Positions 1-13,187 are shown, counted from the whole stretch's first letter. The stretch is DNA of 61,123 bases, filler included, from Asterionella formosa (GCA_002256025.1; 11 parts of 11 records of this genome joined end to end with filler, not necessarily neighbours in it); one strand, 5' to 3'. Program-made: numbers and translations. Notes: a model not told the origin generated them from the sequence alone.

Positions 1-830
1 ATTTTACCGACTCGTTTGCACCTGTGGCTACGGATACAAGTATCAGAGTTGTCTTTGCAATCACCATGCACAAGAAGACATGGACTTTGGAGGTCATTGA
101 CGTCGAAGCATCCTTTCTTGAAGGAGACTTAGAGGAAGACATCTACCTTGAATGGCCTGAAGGCGTTGTTGAGTTTGGCTTTGAAGACAACAAGGTTGTC
201 TCAGAAAATTGTATTCTTCTAAGTAAAGCCATGTATGGAACGGTGCAGGCTGCGCAACAGTGGTACAAGAAACTTGTGGAGCGTCTGATTCTCATTGGAA
301 TGAAACAGAGCAAAGTGGATCCATGCATTTTCTTCTTGAAACGTGATTTGAAATTGGTTCTAATTTTTTGTATCTTTGTTGATGAACTGCATTGTTGCAG
401 GAGAACAAGCCGATGTTGACTGGCTTAAGGCTGAAGCCAAGAAGCATTTCACCATAAAGGAACTCGGACCAATCAAGAAACATTTAGGAGTTTGGTATGA
501 CTGGGGAGAGGATGCTGATGGAAGATTTCTTGAATCTACTATGGAGGTTTTCGTTGAAGGAATGTTTGAAGACTATAAGAATCTCTTTGGATGTTATCCC
601 GCAATTGCACCAACTCCCGAATTGCCAGGTACAAGTTTGTCCAAGAATGATGCCCACACTGTTCTACATGGTGAATACAGATCCATGGTTGGAAAAATCT
701 TATACTTCGTAAAGAAGATATCTCCAATTTGTGCCAATGCATGTCGAGAATTGTCTCAGCATCTGGAGAATCCAGGAGAGGCTCATTGGAAGGCAGTTCA
801 ACGTCTGTTAAGTAAATCAAATGGCGACGA
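1..830 (+). mobile_element. Ty1/Copia reverse transcriptase fragment (frameshifted, truncated)
   Basis: ORFs 24-419 and 376-858 carry Copia RT motifs IDVEASFL..DLEEDIY, LSKAMYGTVQAAQQW, SKVDPCIF, IFVD(D), YRSMVGKILY and HWKAVQRLL. Frameshift near 380. Confidence 0.9.
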
Positions 831-1149
831 CATGATTCATGCAAATGTGTGTTTATAATATCATATTTAGTTTCCCGGTAATTATATTTTGTTGTTGCTT
901 GATATCAAGACCATCATTATATTCCGGAGGGATATACACATGATCTTCGCCAGCCATTTGCCGTTGAAGATCCATGTTACTCCATGATACAATGTGATCA
1001 CAAATTAGTGATACAGTGACACTTTTGGAATGAATGAAATTCAGTTCAAATTGAGTTACCGTTGCTGATACATTTTCAAAAAAATTCAAAATCCGTGATA
1101 CACGAAAAAAAATGATAAGAACGACCCTCAGGTGGATGTTATGAATCAC

Positions 1150-1288
1150 TGTCCTATCATGACAACACGTAGATTCATGTGTCTGTCTGTTTGTCTGTGA
1201 ACGCCTGTCTCGTGTTCTCGCTCTACTCTCTATCTTTACAAAGTCTACTTTAGTTATACTCTAATTACTAATTTAACATACCCCTTCC
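1150..1288 (-). repeat. Possible short 3' LTR with polypurine tract (minus strand)
   Basis: The minus strand reads GGAAGGGGTA (PPT-like, 1288-1279) followed by TGTTAA...GGACA (1278-1150). No partner LTR in the contig. Confidence 0.3.
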
Positions 1289-1911
1289 AAACTCCTATTG
1301 ACCTTTTCGATGTGTTAATTGACTCACCTAACACCCTCCTTCGTCCTCGTCATTGTTCGCTACCGTTCCCTCTTTCACTACCTCTTGTTGAAGGCCATGA
1401 TATGATGATTTATATGCATAGTATGATTTAGTATACATATACCTTAAATACACTATATAAATCGACTTTGTATCTTTATGCGAGCATATTGTTTCTTCAT
1501 CTCAATAGTACTGGCAACCGCATCTTTGCTTTTCCATTTCTCTTATCTTTGAGCGACACTTTATCGTCAGCTCCTTGCCCTTCTTTACTACATTTGTTCT
1601 ACTATACCTCCTAAGTGAGCTTCAGAATTTGCAGCCTTTCGTTCCAGTTGTTATAAAAAGCAGCAACACCAGAAGTAGTCTATCATAACGCCTTTGGTGT
1701 TGCTAAAGTGTCCACGCCAAATATTATAACAAACGTAAATTCACCAGTTACTACTGAGACTACAACCTTTCGTTATCATCATTTCTGCTAGTAGCCATTC
1801 CGCAGGGATATCGGATGTCACTGCTGATGAGTTTGCTAACCGCTGTATTTACCGGTTATTTCAACTATAAACGCAAATAGTCAAAGAAGCAGAGAGCGAT
1901 CTTGCACTTAT

Positions 1912-2029
1912 AAATTACATATGGAATCGATGTGATGGACAAATTCAGGATCATAATAGAGTGGAATGAAATAAAAAAATTTCAAATTACATATGGAACC
2001 GATGTGATGCACAAATTCAAGATAATAAT
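1912..2029. repeat. Direct duplication, period 72 bp
   Basis: AAATTACATATGGAAYCGATGTGATGSACAAATTCA starts at both 1912 and 1984. Confidence 0.8.
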
Positions 2030-2649
2030 GAAATAAATCAACTCTTCATTTGGAGGTATTTGCATTAATAAAATGCAAGAACAGCAAAATAAATTCAACC
2101 ATCTGTTTAATCGATTTCATGCATGTAAATTGTGTGCTAGTTATGCAGATAAAACATTTATTTCTTCTACTTCTATGTTCCTGACCCGAAATTTTTACAG
2201 GTAGAAAGAATAGAATTTTTGCAATTAAGTGTCTCAAAATGCATATACCGTCAGTCAGGGGAACTACTGTTTGTTCACGCGATGCGAATATCTAGTTGCC
2301 AATAGAACATGCAGTGTTGTGCATGTCTATATGTATGTCCTTTATAGTATATTCAAAATGACCTCATTTCAAATCAACCACGCACATCAGCGGACGCTGG
2401 ACCTCAGAATTATTGAGATGCGAATGATGGCCATCACTAAAAAAGATTCATGAATACTAATATAATTTCATAGCTCTACCTTATTGTTCGTGTAGCACCT
2501 CGAGGGCTACTCTGGCATAGCCAGTGCTTGCATGCGCCTCAATAGGATATATAGTTGTAAACTTAGGATTCTAAAAGTAATTTTTCTAATCTCAGGTCAA
2601 AAAGTGTATACTACATGGAAGATCTCCATTTCCTTTTAATTCAGAATGA

Positions 2650-2900
2650 GGTTTCTGCATTTCAACCCTACGGCAAAAAATAAAATAATGCTTAGGGTTG
2701 CCGAAATTCGCTGGAACAATGATTTTCTTTGGAGTAATTATGATTTTTTTAAATTTTTAAATCAATGGAAATTCGCTCGTTAGAAGGTGGTTCCTTTTGC
2801 AATCGCTAACAATATTTATTCTGGCTACATTCTTAAATGTTTATAAGCACATAAATACGATCATATTTGTATCATATGAGCTGTCAACATGACAAAAAAA
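2650..2900 (+). mobile_element. Diverged copy of the recurrent GGTTCCTGCATTT DNA-transposon terminus
   Basis: GGTTTCTGCATTTCAACCCTACGGCAAAAAATAAAAT..GCTTAGGGTTGCCGAAATT aligns by eye to the copies at 9772, 16507 and 17265. Confidence 0.75.
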
Positions 2901-3003
2901 ATTTGATGGCTAACGTGAGGCCCTATCTTACGATCCCCGCTACCTACTGTGGATATTGTACTGGCCAACACCCAAGAATATTTGACATGAGCATATCAAA
3001 TTA

Positions 3004-3511
3004 CGGTTAGTAGGACAACAGGATCAATACCACGATGGTAGGGTCGATTTCGATGAAGATTCGCTCATTGACCTTGCCCTGAACAAATTTAAGATGTTGG
3101 TGGAATCTTAGAGGTGGAATCTGCCCTCGGTCAAGGATGCCAAATTGGAGGCGCAGATTGTCGCACTCACTGCCAAGCTAGAATATGTGAAGAACAAAAT
3201 TGGCAAAGAAATGGGCATGGAAATTGGTGCCACCTAAGGACAATGAACCAAGGACTTAACTTTTCGATGGGAAGGTTTACCATTGGTGCACTAATCATCA
3301 TGCCTCCTTGACAGTGCACTCCGCCAAGGAGTGCAACATGGTGCCATCCGGTAATGCAACCCCAAAGCATATCAAAAAGCCCAAGGATAATTCGGCAGAG
3401 GCTATTGCTGTCATTCTCTCTACTGCCCTTGCCAGTATAATGGAAGGAAAGGATGAGGATGACGACAATGACTCCAATAGTGGTGAAGATGATGGATCGA
3501 TTACCGGCTAG
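3004..3511 (+). pseudogene. Retroelement Gag-like remnant with C-x2-H..H..C knuckle
   Basis: Manual translation gives QDQYHDG..LIDLALNKFKML..W..PS..EAQIVALTAKLE, then GKVYHWCTNHHASLTVHSAKEC. Contains stops and frameshifts. Confidence 0.5.
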
Positions 3512-3898
3512 GAAGGTGGCTGGGGGATGATGACCAGAATAACTACATTACTTACTAGTTATTGGTTATATCAATTTCTTCTCTGTTGGCCGCTTTTATC
3601 TGCATTTCAGATGCTCATCCCATTTGTGTTTCTTGTTTCTACCGGAGGTCACGTGTCCATCATTTACTACGTATTCTTGGTATTGCAGCTGTTTCCTGTT
3701 CTTCTTTTCTGGTGTCCAAAAGATGCCTAAGTACAATATGTACCCAAACGCCATTGTCCAGTGACTCGTTGGTGTTAAGCCCCTTTTTTGGGCGGGAGTT
3801 CTTCATGTGTACCGGTACATCATATGACAATAACATTTTATCATATATATATATACAGAGTACCAGTAGCAGGTAGGAAGTGATATACTGGGGGTAGT

Positions 3899-4165
3899 CA
3901 GAGTAGTAAGCGAGCAACAGAACACCACATGTTCAGGACTGTTGCTACTGCAGTGGGACAGTAAATCATCATAGATTCAGGATTGTATGATAGTAAAACT
4001 GAAAAAATATATTGAGAGTAGTAAGCGAGCAACAGAATAGTAAAACTGAAAAAATATATTGAGAGTAGTAAGCGAGCAACAGAACACCATATGTTCAGGA
4101 CTGTTGCTACTACCATGGGACAGTAAAGTATCATAGTTTCAGTATTGTATAATTGTATAATTGAA
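3899..4165. repeat. Nested tandem duplications
   Basis: GAGAGTAGTAAGCGAGCAACAGAA occurs three times, and a longer flanking block (CACCAYATGTTCAGGACTGTTGCTACT...) occurs twice. Confidence 0.8.
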
Positions 4166-4339
4166 AACAAGATATGCTATTACTCAAACTCAGTTCTGAT
4201 TTTGTATATGATAATGTAAATAGCACTGTTGGTCTTGTGGTATGATAGAATGTGGGAGCTTGATGATAGACCAGGTTTCACCTAAAGTTTCATCTGGGTT
4301 CCTATCTTGCTGGAGGGTAAGATGTGGACCCTTCTCGAC

Positions 4340-5480
4340 CTACTTGTGATCCTTGCTGTTGACCCCAAGCAACTTCATATTCGATTTTTCAACAGACTTG
4401 AGAAATTCCAAAGAAGGACCAGCATCTGAGACATCCTCTGAGGCGATGGAAATATCTTCTTCGTCTTTGCCTTGTCGATTAGCCTTGGTGGTGTGCTTTG
4501 TTAAGGGCACAGGTTTGAGGGCAGGGTCTAATACTGGAGGTGGTCGATGAACAAAAACCACAGTGGCATTGCCACTGTTTTCCTTACGCGCATTTTTCTC
4601 TGATTGAGCTGCTGATTCAAGAACTGAATCATGAGTATTTGAATCATAATTCTTGGTGCTCCGGTAAAATCTCAAGTGGACAGGATTTTTGACTGGACTA
4701 GAAATATTGTTAAGCAAAGCTGGTGGAGTTAGGACCACAGCTTCTTTGGCCTTTACAATGTTCTTTTCCTTGGAAGAAATCAAGGTGTCTTGCTCGATGT
4801 TTTTACGCCCCTCATTGTTAATGTTGGTCAAAGGTGGTGAAGGTAGGACCTGAACATCAACAAAATTCTCTTGGAGTCAAACCTGTTGGAAACGCCAAAA
4901 GTAGGGTCTTGAAAACTGTGCATCAACTTTGCACTCTTTCCACACCCTTGTTCCCAGTGAGAGGCGACTTGCTATTATTTTTCGTCAAATCTTCATTTGA
5001 CGATGGGGACAACACTCATTCCGCATACTGCAAGCACTCCTGACGAAATTGGTGGTAGGCTGCATCAGCCTGATAGAGCAAGCTTGATCCTGTCCATCCA
5101 AGGAATAGGATTGCAGTGTACAAATCCCAAGGATTTATACCACTCAACCGCATTGCCCAGCACCTGCGCAAAAACTGGTTGATGTTGGGAAGGACATCCT
5201 GGGTATGCACAGTTCCAGGCCTCCTCATCGATACAAAGACGAGTAGCAGCTTGGATCAGCAATTGACCCATTCCACGTTCTTTGTACTTGTGCAAATCAT
5301 GGGTTGAGTTATGATTACTTGTCACCAGATAGTGAATACAAGCAATAGGAGTTGGAAACTCTTTTTGCTCCACAACAACCATAGCTACGGGCTTGAACTT
5401 CTTCTCCAAGTTCTCCCTCTCTTCAATGGTAATGACGAAGTTGCCATGAAGCTTCTTCTGGAGCTGATTTGCGTATAGAG
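4340..5480 (-). pseudogene. GNAT acetyltransferase-like domain plus low-complexity C-terminal region; 5' end beyond contig edge, disrupted
   Basis: The 5065-5409 frame stays open up to the contig edge at 5480. Motifs IHYLVT...YKERGMGQLLIQ (acetyl-CoA motif A-like) and NAVEWYKSLGF (motif B-like). Downstream 4340-4831 is a separate ORF. Confidence 0.55.
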
Positions 5481-5580
5481 NNNNNNNNNNNNNNNNNNNN
5501 NNNNNNNNNNNNNNNNNNNNNNNNTTAATTAATTAANNNNNNNNNNNNNNNNNNNNNNNNNNNNNNNNNNNNNNNNNNNN
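5481..5580. other. Artificial contig linker N44-TTAATTAATTAA-N44 (also 11058-11157, 16630-16729, 22201-22300, 27769-27868, 33340-33439, 38904-39003, 44464-44563, 50020-50119, 55575-55674)
   Basis: An identical 100-nt spacer with six-frame stops recurs about every 5.57 kb, and the intervening contigs roughly decrease in size. Confidence 0.99.
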
Positions 5581-6830
5581 ATGGATTATGGTTGTGAAGG
5601 ATCACTTCACTGGCTTATGCTACTATTTAAGAGCTATTTCAAACAAAAATGCAAAGTATGTCTGCTTTGAATTATACTCTCTCTTTGGATTGATTAGATA
5701 TCAGCATATCTTCATTCACACAGATAATGGTTCTGAGTTCACAGCTGAACAAGTTGTGGGTATCAACAGACTTGTGAAACGTGTAATGAACAGTGTACTT
5801 GCAACTGAAGTTCAAAAGGGGAAACTCCGTCCAAACTGGACCAAATACATTGGAGAAGTTAATTCAATTCTGAACCGACAATGTGGTCAGGCCAAAAATG
5901 ATGTTTCTGCATATGAAACCGTTTTTGGGATTAACTTTGATCCCATTATGCCAGATACCAGCGACAGCATCTGCAGATGCACAATTATCCAAGAGCGCAT
6001 GGATGTGGCAGCTAGCAGTAGATTCCGTGCTGTTGTGGAATCCATGTATGACTTGTCGCTTAATCCCCCCAGTGACACCAATGACTCTGTCTCCATGGAG
6101 TTGACATTGCCACAGGTTGGCAATGTCTGTGACACCACTTTCAGTGGCTGTGACTTTTCACAACGTTTTGCTGAAATTTTGGAAGGACCTGAAGTTAGAA
6201 ACAGTGTTCAAGCTCAATCAACAAATGATTATGAGGAAACCAGTGGCTATGATATCAGCAGCAGCGATGATGAAAAACCTGAGAGAAAAGAGCAGTCTTT
6301 CCACGTCTACTGCCACAGTAAAGATGAAATTCTGCATCACAACGATAATCAGGGTAATCAGTTGTTTCAACAGCTACAGCTAGATTTTGGCACAGACAAC
6401 TTGCTACCGTCTTCTTCCACAGGCAACTCAGTCAAAGGCATTGACAATGTGCTGCAATCTTCTGCCAATTGCAAAACAGAAGAAAAGGAGCCGGATGGGG
6501 ATTGTATAAGTTATGAAATCATTGCAGCTCCTCCACAAACAAAAAAGGAAAATGAAAACAAGAAGAAGAAATGCCTTATCAGTTCAAGAAGCATTGGAAT
6601 AAGATGAGGGGTCAATTCATACTTGGGGAGGAAAAAAATTCAAAAGGTTATATCCCACACTCAATTGCATTTCATGCTGCTTTTCAGGATACCATTTAAT
6701 CACAGTTTGCAATGAAGCATGCCACTCTAAATGTGAAAATACCAATGCCTGGTATGCAACTGATTTTATATTGAGTTTTGAAGCACTGATTGCTCACAAG
6801 AACCATGTTGGTTCCATTCAATTTGTTCAT
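5581..6830 (+). mobile_element. Ginger-like (KRBA2/SCAND3-type) DDE integrase/transposase remnant
   Basis: KDHFTG..YLRAI..K.A..V..EL..LFG..IHTDNGSEF is an rve core with an internal deletion, followed by an acidic linker. No RT or RNase H nearby. Confidence 0.7.
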
Positions 6831-7864
6831 GGCAGGATGGAAAAGTTAATGGGATCTACCCCTAGCAATTTTTTCAGAAGAGGAAGCACTATCATCTGAC
6901 AAACTATCTCCTGAACTCTGCAAGATGCTATCATCCTCCTCAGAGGAGGAATTGTGAGATGAGTTGGAAGAACTAGACATTTCGTATTTGTGGACTTTTG
7001 CCGAAAAGTAATGCATGAATACATATGATGACAATTCCAAGTAGAATGCCGATAGTATATATGATGTGGACTTGCTTTGATTGTCAAGTAGTAATGACAG
7101 ACCTACACGGTTACATGTGAATTCCAGCTGCTGGTACAACACATATATATAGTGATGTTATCACTATATACATGTTATACTACATACTACTGGGTACTAC
7201 CAGTACTTGCATGTGTGTTTGTACAGGTGCCTGTGCGTGGTATGGGGTCGATGAGACAGCAACTCCATCTTGACCATGACGAAATTATGGATTTGAATAT
7301 CTTCAAGAATATTAACAATGAACAATTTCAATTTCGCACGTTTATGTAGACTAACATAGACGAGATTATCGTTCAATAATGAAAATATTTGCACTATTAT
7401 TGACAACAAAAAGTTGAAATCGGTGCTGGAATTTGTTTTTGGTCGTCATTTGCTCAGTTTTGAAGATATGACCAAAAACGAGACAGTGTTGAGTCCGTGG
7501 TGATTAGCTTGATAACTTTGACTAGATAAGGTTTTCTATATTTATATTTTGTAGAAATAGATGAGAAAACCTGGGCGACAGTATTCTCGGAGAGGGTACA
7601 ACATTTGAAGATGCATCAAATTCCTCTACGTCAATTTTGTAGTGAGTTTCATGTAAGCAATAATTGTCGTGGTTCATAGTTCTATGGAATCTTGATAAGG
7701 TCATTTAACAGTTTAATATAGACATACTTTCAGCCATTAAACAATACACTGCTTGTCCTTTACATGAATAAAAACTTCGCATTGCGGAAATGATCACGAA
7801 CACCACTGACTGACGGTTTATGCATTTTCGGACACTTTTATGCAAAAATTGTATTCTTTCCAGT

Positions 7865-9771
7865 ATTTATCATTTAACTCGAATACAAACTAGTCTCACT
7901 CAACGTGCTGAATATGGATTTTTCACCAAATTTGATGTGTCTATGCAATATTATTCATTTGCATTAGATGTGGAGAGTCAAAATTTGTGTGCTATTTCCA
8001 CTCTGTTTGGTTTATATAAATATTTACGTCTCTCTATGGGGGTAAAACAATCATCTGACATTGCCCAAGGAACCACCATGGAACAGGTTTTTGGTGATTT
8101 AGATGACATGGACATTTATATTTATGATGCGGCTTGTATTTCTATGAATTTTAAAGATCACCTACATTCGTTGGATACTATTTTACATCGCTTGCAGGCA
8201 AATGGTTTCACAATTAATCCATCCAAGAGTAAATGGGAAGTCCAATAGACAGATTGGTTAGGCTCTTGGCTAAATCCTAAAGGACTGAAACCTTGGTCTA
8301 AAAAGGTCCGAGCATTGAAAAATATGTCTTCACCTACCAATCTCAAACAAATCAGATCTTTTCTAGGTGCGGTTACCTACTATCGAGACATGTTTCTTCG
8401 ACGTTCTGATGTTCTCGGAAAATTCACGGATTTAATTGGAACTGTTCCATTTGTCTGATAACCTATACATAAACAAGCTTTTGCAGAAATGAAAACATTA
8501 TGACTTGCAGATACGCTCATGCGCTATCCTGATCATAATTTTTCTTTCCATCTTTTTACTGATGCTTCTGATTATCAATTAGGGTCGGTCATGATGTGAA
8601 ATGATCTCTCGGTTGCTTATTATTCTCGAAAATTATCTGCAGCTCAGAAAAATTATTCCCACTATTGAAAAAGAATTACTTTCTGTCGTAGAAAATTTCA
8701 AAGAATTTCGCTCTATGTTATTGGGTGCAGCTCTACATGTTCACAATCTTATTTATAATACCTATCACACTCAACGTGTTCTACGGTGGTGACTTCATAT
8801 TGAAGAATATCATACTACTATTCACTATGTGAAAGGGACTGACAATCCTATTGCAGATTCCATCTCTGGCCTCCTCCCGAGGCTTGAGTTTTTGGTGGGG
8901 GATGATATTGGGCCGACATCTTCAGCATCAACATCCACTTCTACTTTCTCATTTTAATTAGATGATGAACCTACCTCTGCTTACCGGTATCCTCAATCAT
9001 CCAATCTTGGCAGACAATATTGAATATCCTCTGGATTATAATTCAATACATGATAGACAATTTCTGGATATACAATTGATTCTCAATCAACAAACAAATC
9101 CGATAACATTTCCTTCAATCAATTTTCATGATTTACATTTAATATGTTTTGTGAAGAATCCAGGGGATACTTGGCGTATTGCTGTTCCTACATCATTATT
9201 GGATCCTATTTTTAATTGGTATCATCAGATGTTAGCTCATGTGGGTATGACAAGATCAAATGCTACAATTTCTACACATTTTTATCATCCCACATTAAAA
9301 GGAAGAGAGGAACTTATTGTAAGCATATGTGAAGCACATCAACGTACAAAATTTTTACCTGGTGCTGTTTATGGTGAACTTCCACCTCCTAGGAATGCAT
9401 TGTCATAACCATGGTAAGAAGTCGCAGTGGATTTAATTGGTTCATGGAAGATAACAGTGGCTGCACAAGCGATTGAATTTCGTGCTTTAACTTGTGTTGA
9501 CATAGTCACCAATTTACCAGAATTTCACGTATCAATAATAAAAAATCAGAATATATTGCAATTAAATTTGAAAATGATTGGTTAGTCAGATATTCCCGTC
9601 CAGAACTTTGCATACATGACAATGGAGTTGAATTTACTGATATTCCTTTTCTACACATGTTAGTGTTGAAAGGAGTTAAAGATGTTACTACCGCAGTCAA
9701 GAATCCACAAGCTGATGCTATCTGTGAACGTTTACATCAATCTATCAGTAAAAGTCTACGAGTTATGTTAA
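7865..9771 (+). mobile_element. Degraded Ty3/Gypsy pol (RT-RNaseH-integrase), older paralog of the 11433-16506 element
   Basis: Colinear nucleotide similarity to about 14025-15955 with many stops. Cut off at TTAA 9768-9771 by a DNA-transposon end. Confidence 0.92.
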
Positions 9772-10040
9772 GGTTCCTGCATTTGAACCCCTAGGCAAAA
9801 ATTAAAATATTGCATAGGGTTGCCGAAATTCCCTGGAACTAAGAACTTTTATGTGCTAATTTTGAATATCAATGATTCCGATTGAAATATTCAAATGAGT
9901 GGAAATTTGCGCGTATGTGTATAGATTCCATTTCAAATGCATTAAATATGTATGAATAGATTCTACATCGCTGGATGTATATATAGCTACTCTACCGAAT
10001 GTATACCTACTGGGATCAACAAATATGTGTCATATGCACG
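9772..10040 (+). mobile_element. TTAA-inserting DNA transposon terminus (5'-GG; Kolobok-like)
   Basis: TTAA|GGTTCCTGCATTTGAACCCCTAGGCAAAAATT interrupts the Gypsy integrase. The intact paralog reads ...GTTATGTTAAAAGCT near 15946. Confidence 0.75.
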
Positions 10041-10295
10041 ACCCGGTGGCTCCGAAAAGTATTTGAATGTGCATCCTGTGCTTGTAAGCGTACACTTCCT
10101 GGTATCCTGGTACCAGGTACCAGCAAGTTGCGGTAAAATTGCCGAAATGACGAATAGGACATCTCGGATTCACACGCCTGTAGATCCAATACTAAAATAC
10201 ATAATCTGGCTATCTCGGAAAACGGTTATCATTCATTCGTGGCATGATCGTTTTGAATTCTATTATGCTAGAATTTGATTTGGCAGGAACTATTT

Positions 10296-10395
10296 TAGGG
10301 TCAAACTCATTTCCCAATCGAAAACCCCCCAATCAAAAAAACTTGGGTTTTTTTACCGGAGAGCTAGATTCCGTCGGGGTCAGATGCGGGCACAT
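10296..10395 (+). repeat. Dispersed repeat shared with about 50848-50925
   Basis: TAGGGTSAAACTCATT..CCCAATC...TACCRGAGAGSTAGATTCCRTCRGGGTCA is present in two different contigs. Confidence 0.6.
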
Positions 10396-11432
10396 GAGAG
10401 GGATCAAAGAACATGATAGCCGACCCCCGCCAATGAGTGCACCTGTCCGGGAATACATATAGCGGTAAGATAGCGTTAGATACATACGGTTGTATGTATA
10501 AATTGGATGCTCTCTGCCTACATAACGGGTATAAGAATTGTACAATCGCTCATGAATCGAACATGAGAAATTTCCCATTACCATGATTACAAACCATGAT
10601 TAAATGATTATTAATTTTCGATTTTGTACAATTGCTTAACGTTTTTATTAGTTGCTTAGATAGAATACATGTGTCGCTAGCAAGTGGTGAAATAAACGAA
10701 CACGTAGCTTTGATATTCATTGCAAAAGAGCTAAAATAGAAAATCGGCGGAAGCAACATGGCGTTCGACCGCAACGACAATATCTCCATGATTTCTTGCC
10801 GAATCAAAACCCGAGTAGTTCGTACATAACCGTCGTACATCAAGTTGACATATTCTATAATATCAGAAGCTGAAAACAACAATTGGTTTATAATTCGTGA
10901 TTTATCTGTTTACAATAGGCGTGTCATCTTTGTTACCATGATACTACTACCAAACCGGCAATCATCATGTTCCAAGAACATACCGGTACATGCTTGTAGC
11001 TATTTGCTAAAAACCATATACTGACATGAAGTCAATTGTACCAGGGTGGTACATGGTNNNNNNNNNNNNNNNNNNNNNNNNNNNNNNNNNNNNNNNNNNN
11101 NTTAATTAATTAANNNNNNNNNNNNNNNNNNNNNNNNNNNNNNNNNNNNNNNNNNNNTCACATGAAACCGTTAAAAGTAATCTTTTTTACGTGAAGAGTG
11201 GCATTAATGCATGTGAAGTACCACATAATTAACACTCATACGTAGACGAAATTTCGAAAAGTGGCGTATTTCGCGTCTTAGATGCAATGATACTCCGAGT
11301 ACAGAGTATGGTACCGGTAGCTCGTGGGAACACCAACACTGGTTTGAAATTGTAGTGGAATATACCATGTACACAACATAGCAGGGACTATGGTCCAAGG
11401 TCCCAGTACCTGGAGTATATACCGGTACCGGG

Positions 11433-11627
11433 TGAGCAATCCTGCACATTGATACAGATGTACATAGGGTTAGGGTTATATCAAATATATCGGAATTCAA
11501 TAATAAGAGAACTCGACTAACACCCATTCAATACTTTGATGTCAGTTCAGGAAATGAGTTGTACATAAGGATTAATTAATAAGCTCATATATTCAATAAA
11601 TACTACTTCTTCTAGTTAGCTACTTCA
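11433..11627 (+). repeat. 5' LTR (TG...CA; right end inferred)
   Basis: The first 147 nt match 16360-16506 with 2 mismatches. AATAAA at 11595-11600. Ends ...TACTTCA. Confidence 0.8.
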
Positions 11628-11629
11628 CT

Positions 11630-12720
11630 TTGAATTCAAAAAGAGTCGAATTAGAAGACAACGAACATGGCAATGTATTCAAGGGTTCTGTGATTCCTTT
11701 GATCAAAGACTACAATGTATTGACTATCAAGACTAAAACATTCAGAGTTGCTTTAACCGGTGGAAGGTTTGAATCGTTTGATCAAGATATGATTGATGGA
11801 AGCTCTGTGGAAGCATTGTTGATTGGAGTGAGTCAATTTCATGACATGGCTAACACAGCATGTGACTTTAGCCCTGCAGATACCTTTTCCTACTTTAAAT
11901 GGTGTTATCAGATTGGTTGAATGTGGAAGTACATCCAGAAGATCAATCTTACGATAGTTTCGATGAAGCGATTGTTTTATGGTTAGACGATCGTTTACCA
12001 AACGAGAGTTTTCAACGTCAACGACAATGGATGCTACGTTATTTATCTAAACCCTTTTCTATGTTGGTAATGGATTTCGGAGCTCGTATTAAAACTTTGA
12101 ACAGGCTACTTCAACTAATGCCTCATCCAGAAGATCAAAACGGATTGTCAAAAGAAGATATGCGGATTATCATTATCCGTTCTATGCCCAATGAGTGGCA
12201 ACAAGAGTTTGAATTAAATCATGCGAAGACTTCAGACCAATCGATTCGCTCGGTTCTCGCTTACTTCGAGAGTCAACAATCGTTTTAAGACCGAAACAAG
12301 CATCTTCCGAAGAACAGTTTTCAAACAATCACACAAAATCGTCTTCGTATTGCTGCGAGCGTGTCAGTCGTCAATTCTACAACAATAATTTTACTCCAAG
12401 TGGTCGTGGAAGAGCGCGTGCTATTGTCAATGCAGCCGGACGCGCATGGGATCGTCAGGCGACTGTTCGTCATCAAGCTCTACTAGACAGTCGTACGTAC
12501 CATGATTATCGTGGTCCTTGCCCGGTACATCCTGAGGGTGCACATACTTGGGGCAATTGTTTTCAGAATCCTCGTACTCAAGGTGGTCGAGCAGGTCGCA
12601 TGACTGGTCGGCATAATGGACGTGGCCGTTCCAGTTTCGGTAGACGAGGACATTTTGGTGGTCGTGGAGGCGGTTCACACAGCAATCCTATGGAAAGCTA
12701 CCATACTGACACTGCTAACC
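11630..12720 (+). pseudogene. Gypsy gag, frameshifted
   Basis: QRQWMLRYLSKPFSM...FGARIKTLNRLLQLMP, MPNEWQQEF, a CPVHPEGAHTWGNC knuckle (about 12519-12560) and RGG-rich stretches. Confidence 0.75.
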
Positions 12721-13187
12721 CTGTGCCTGTTCCACATGCTCGTATGTTAAATGCATGGGGTTAATACTCATCCATCCGGTTGGGGTACCGTGCCACGTGC
12801 CGATCCTACAGAGAATACATCAGCCCAGGAAATTTCAGTGGTCACGAACCCTCCTGCTGGTCAGATAGTGACTTTTGTCAATACTACACAACAGCAGATT
12901 GCTGATCGCCATCACAGAGGTATGTGCGATAATAGCGATGCTATTTATAATGACTCGTTGAGTATATCTCACGTTAGTCATCACCTGAATAACATTGTTT
13001 ACTTACAGGTTGAATACACTATGGATACCGCTGTTGCTGTAACGGGGGACATATATAATTGTATTAATGGACATGACGTTCCACATACATATCAGGGCCC
13101 AATTCCGGTTTCCTGTTTTACTTCTAAGGATATATTAACATCAATTGATTTGATTCCGATGTCCCTTTTAGCGCCACGATTGGTGGA

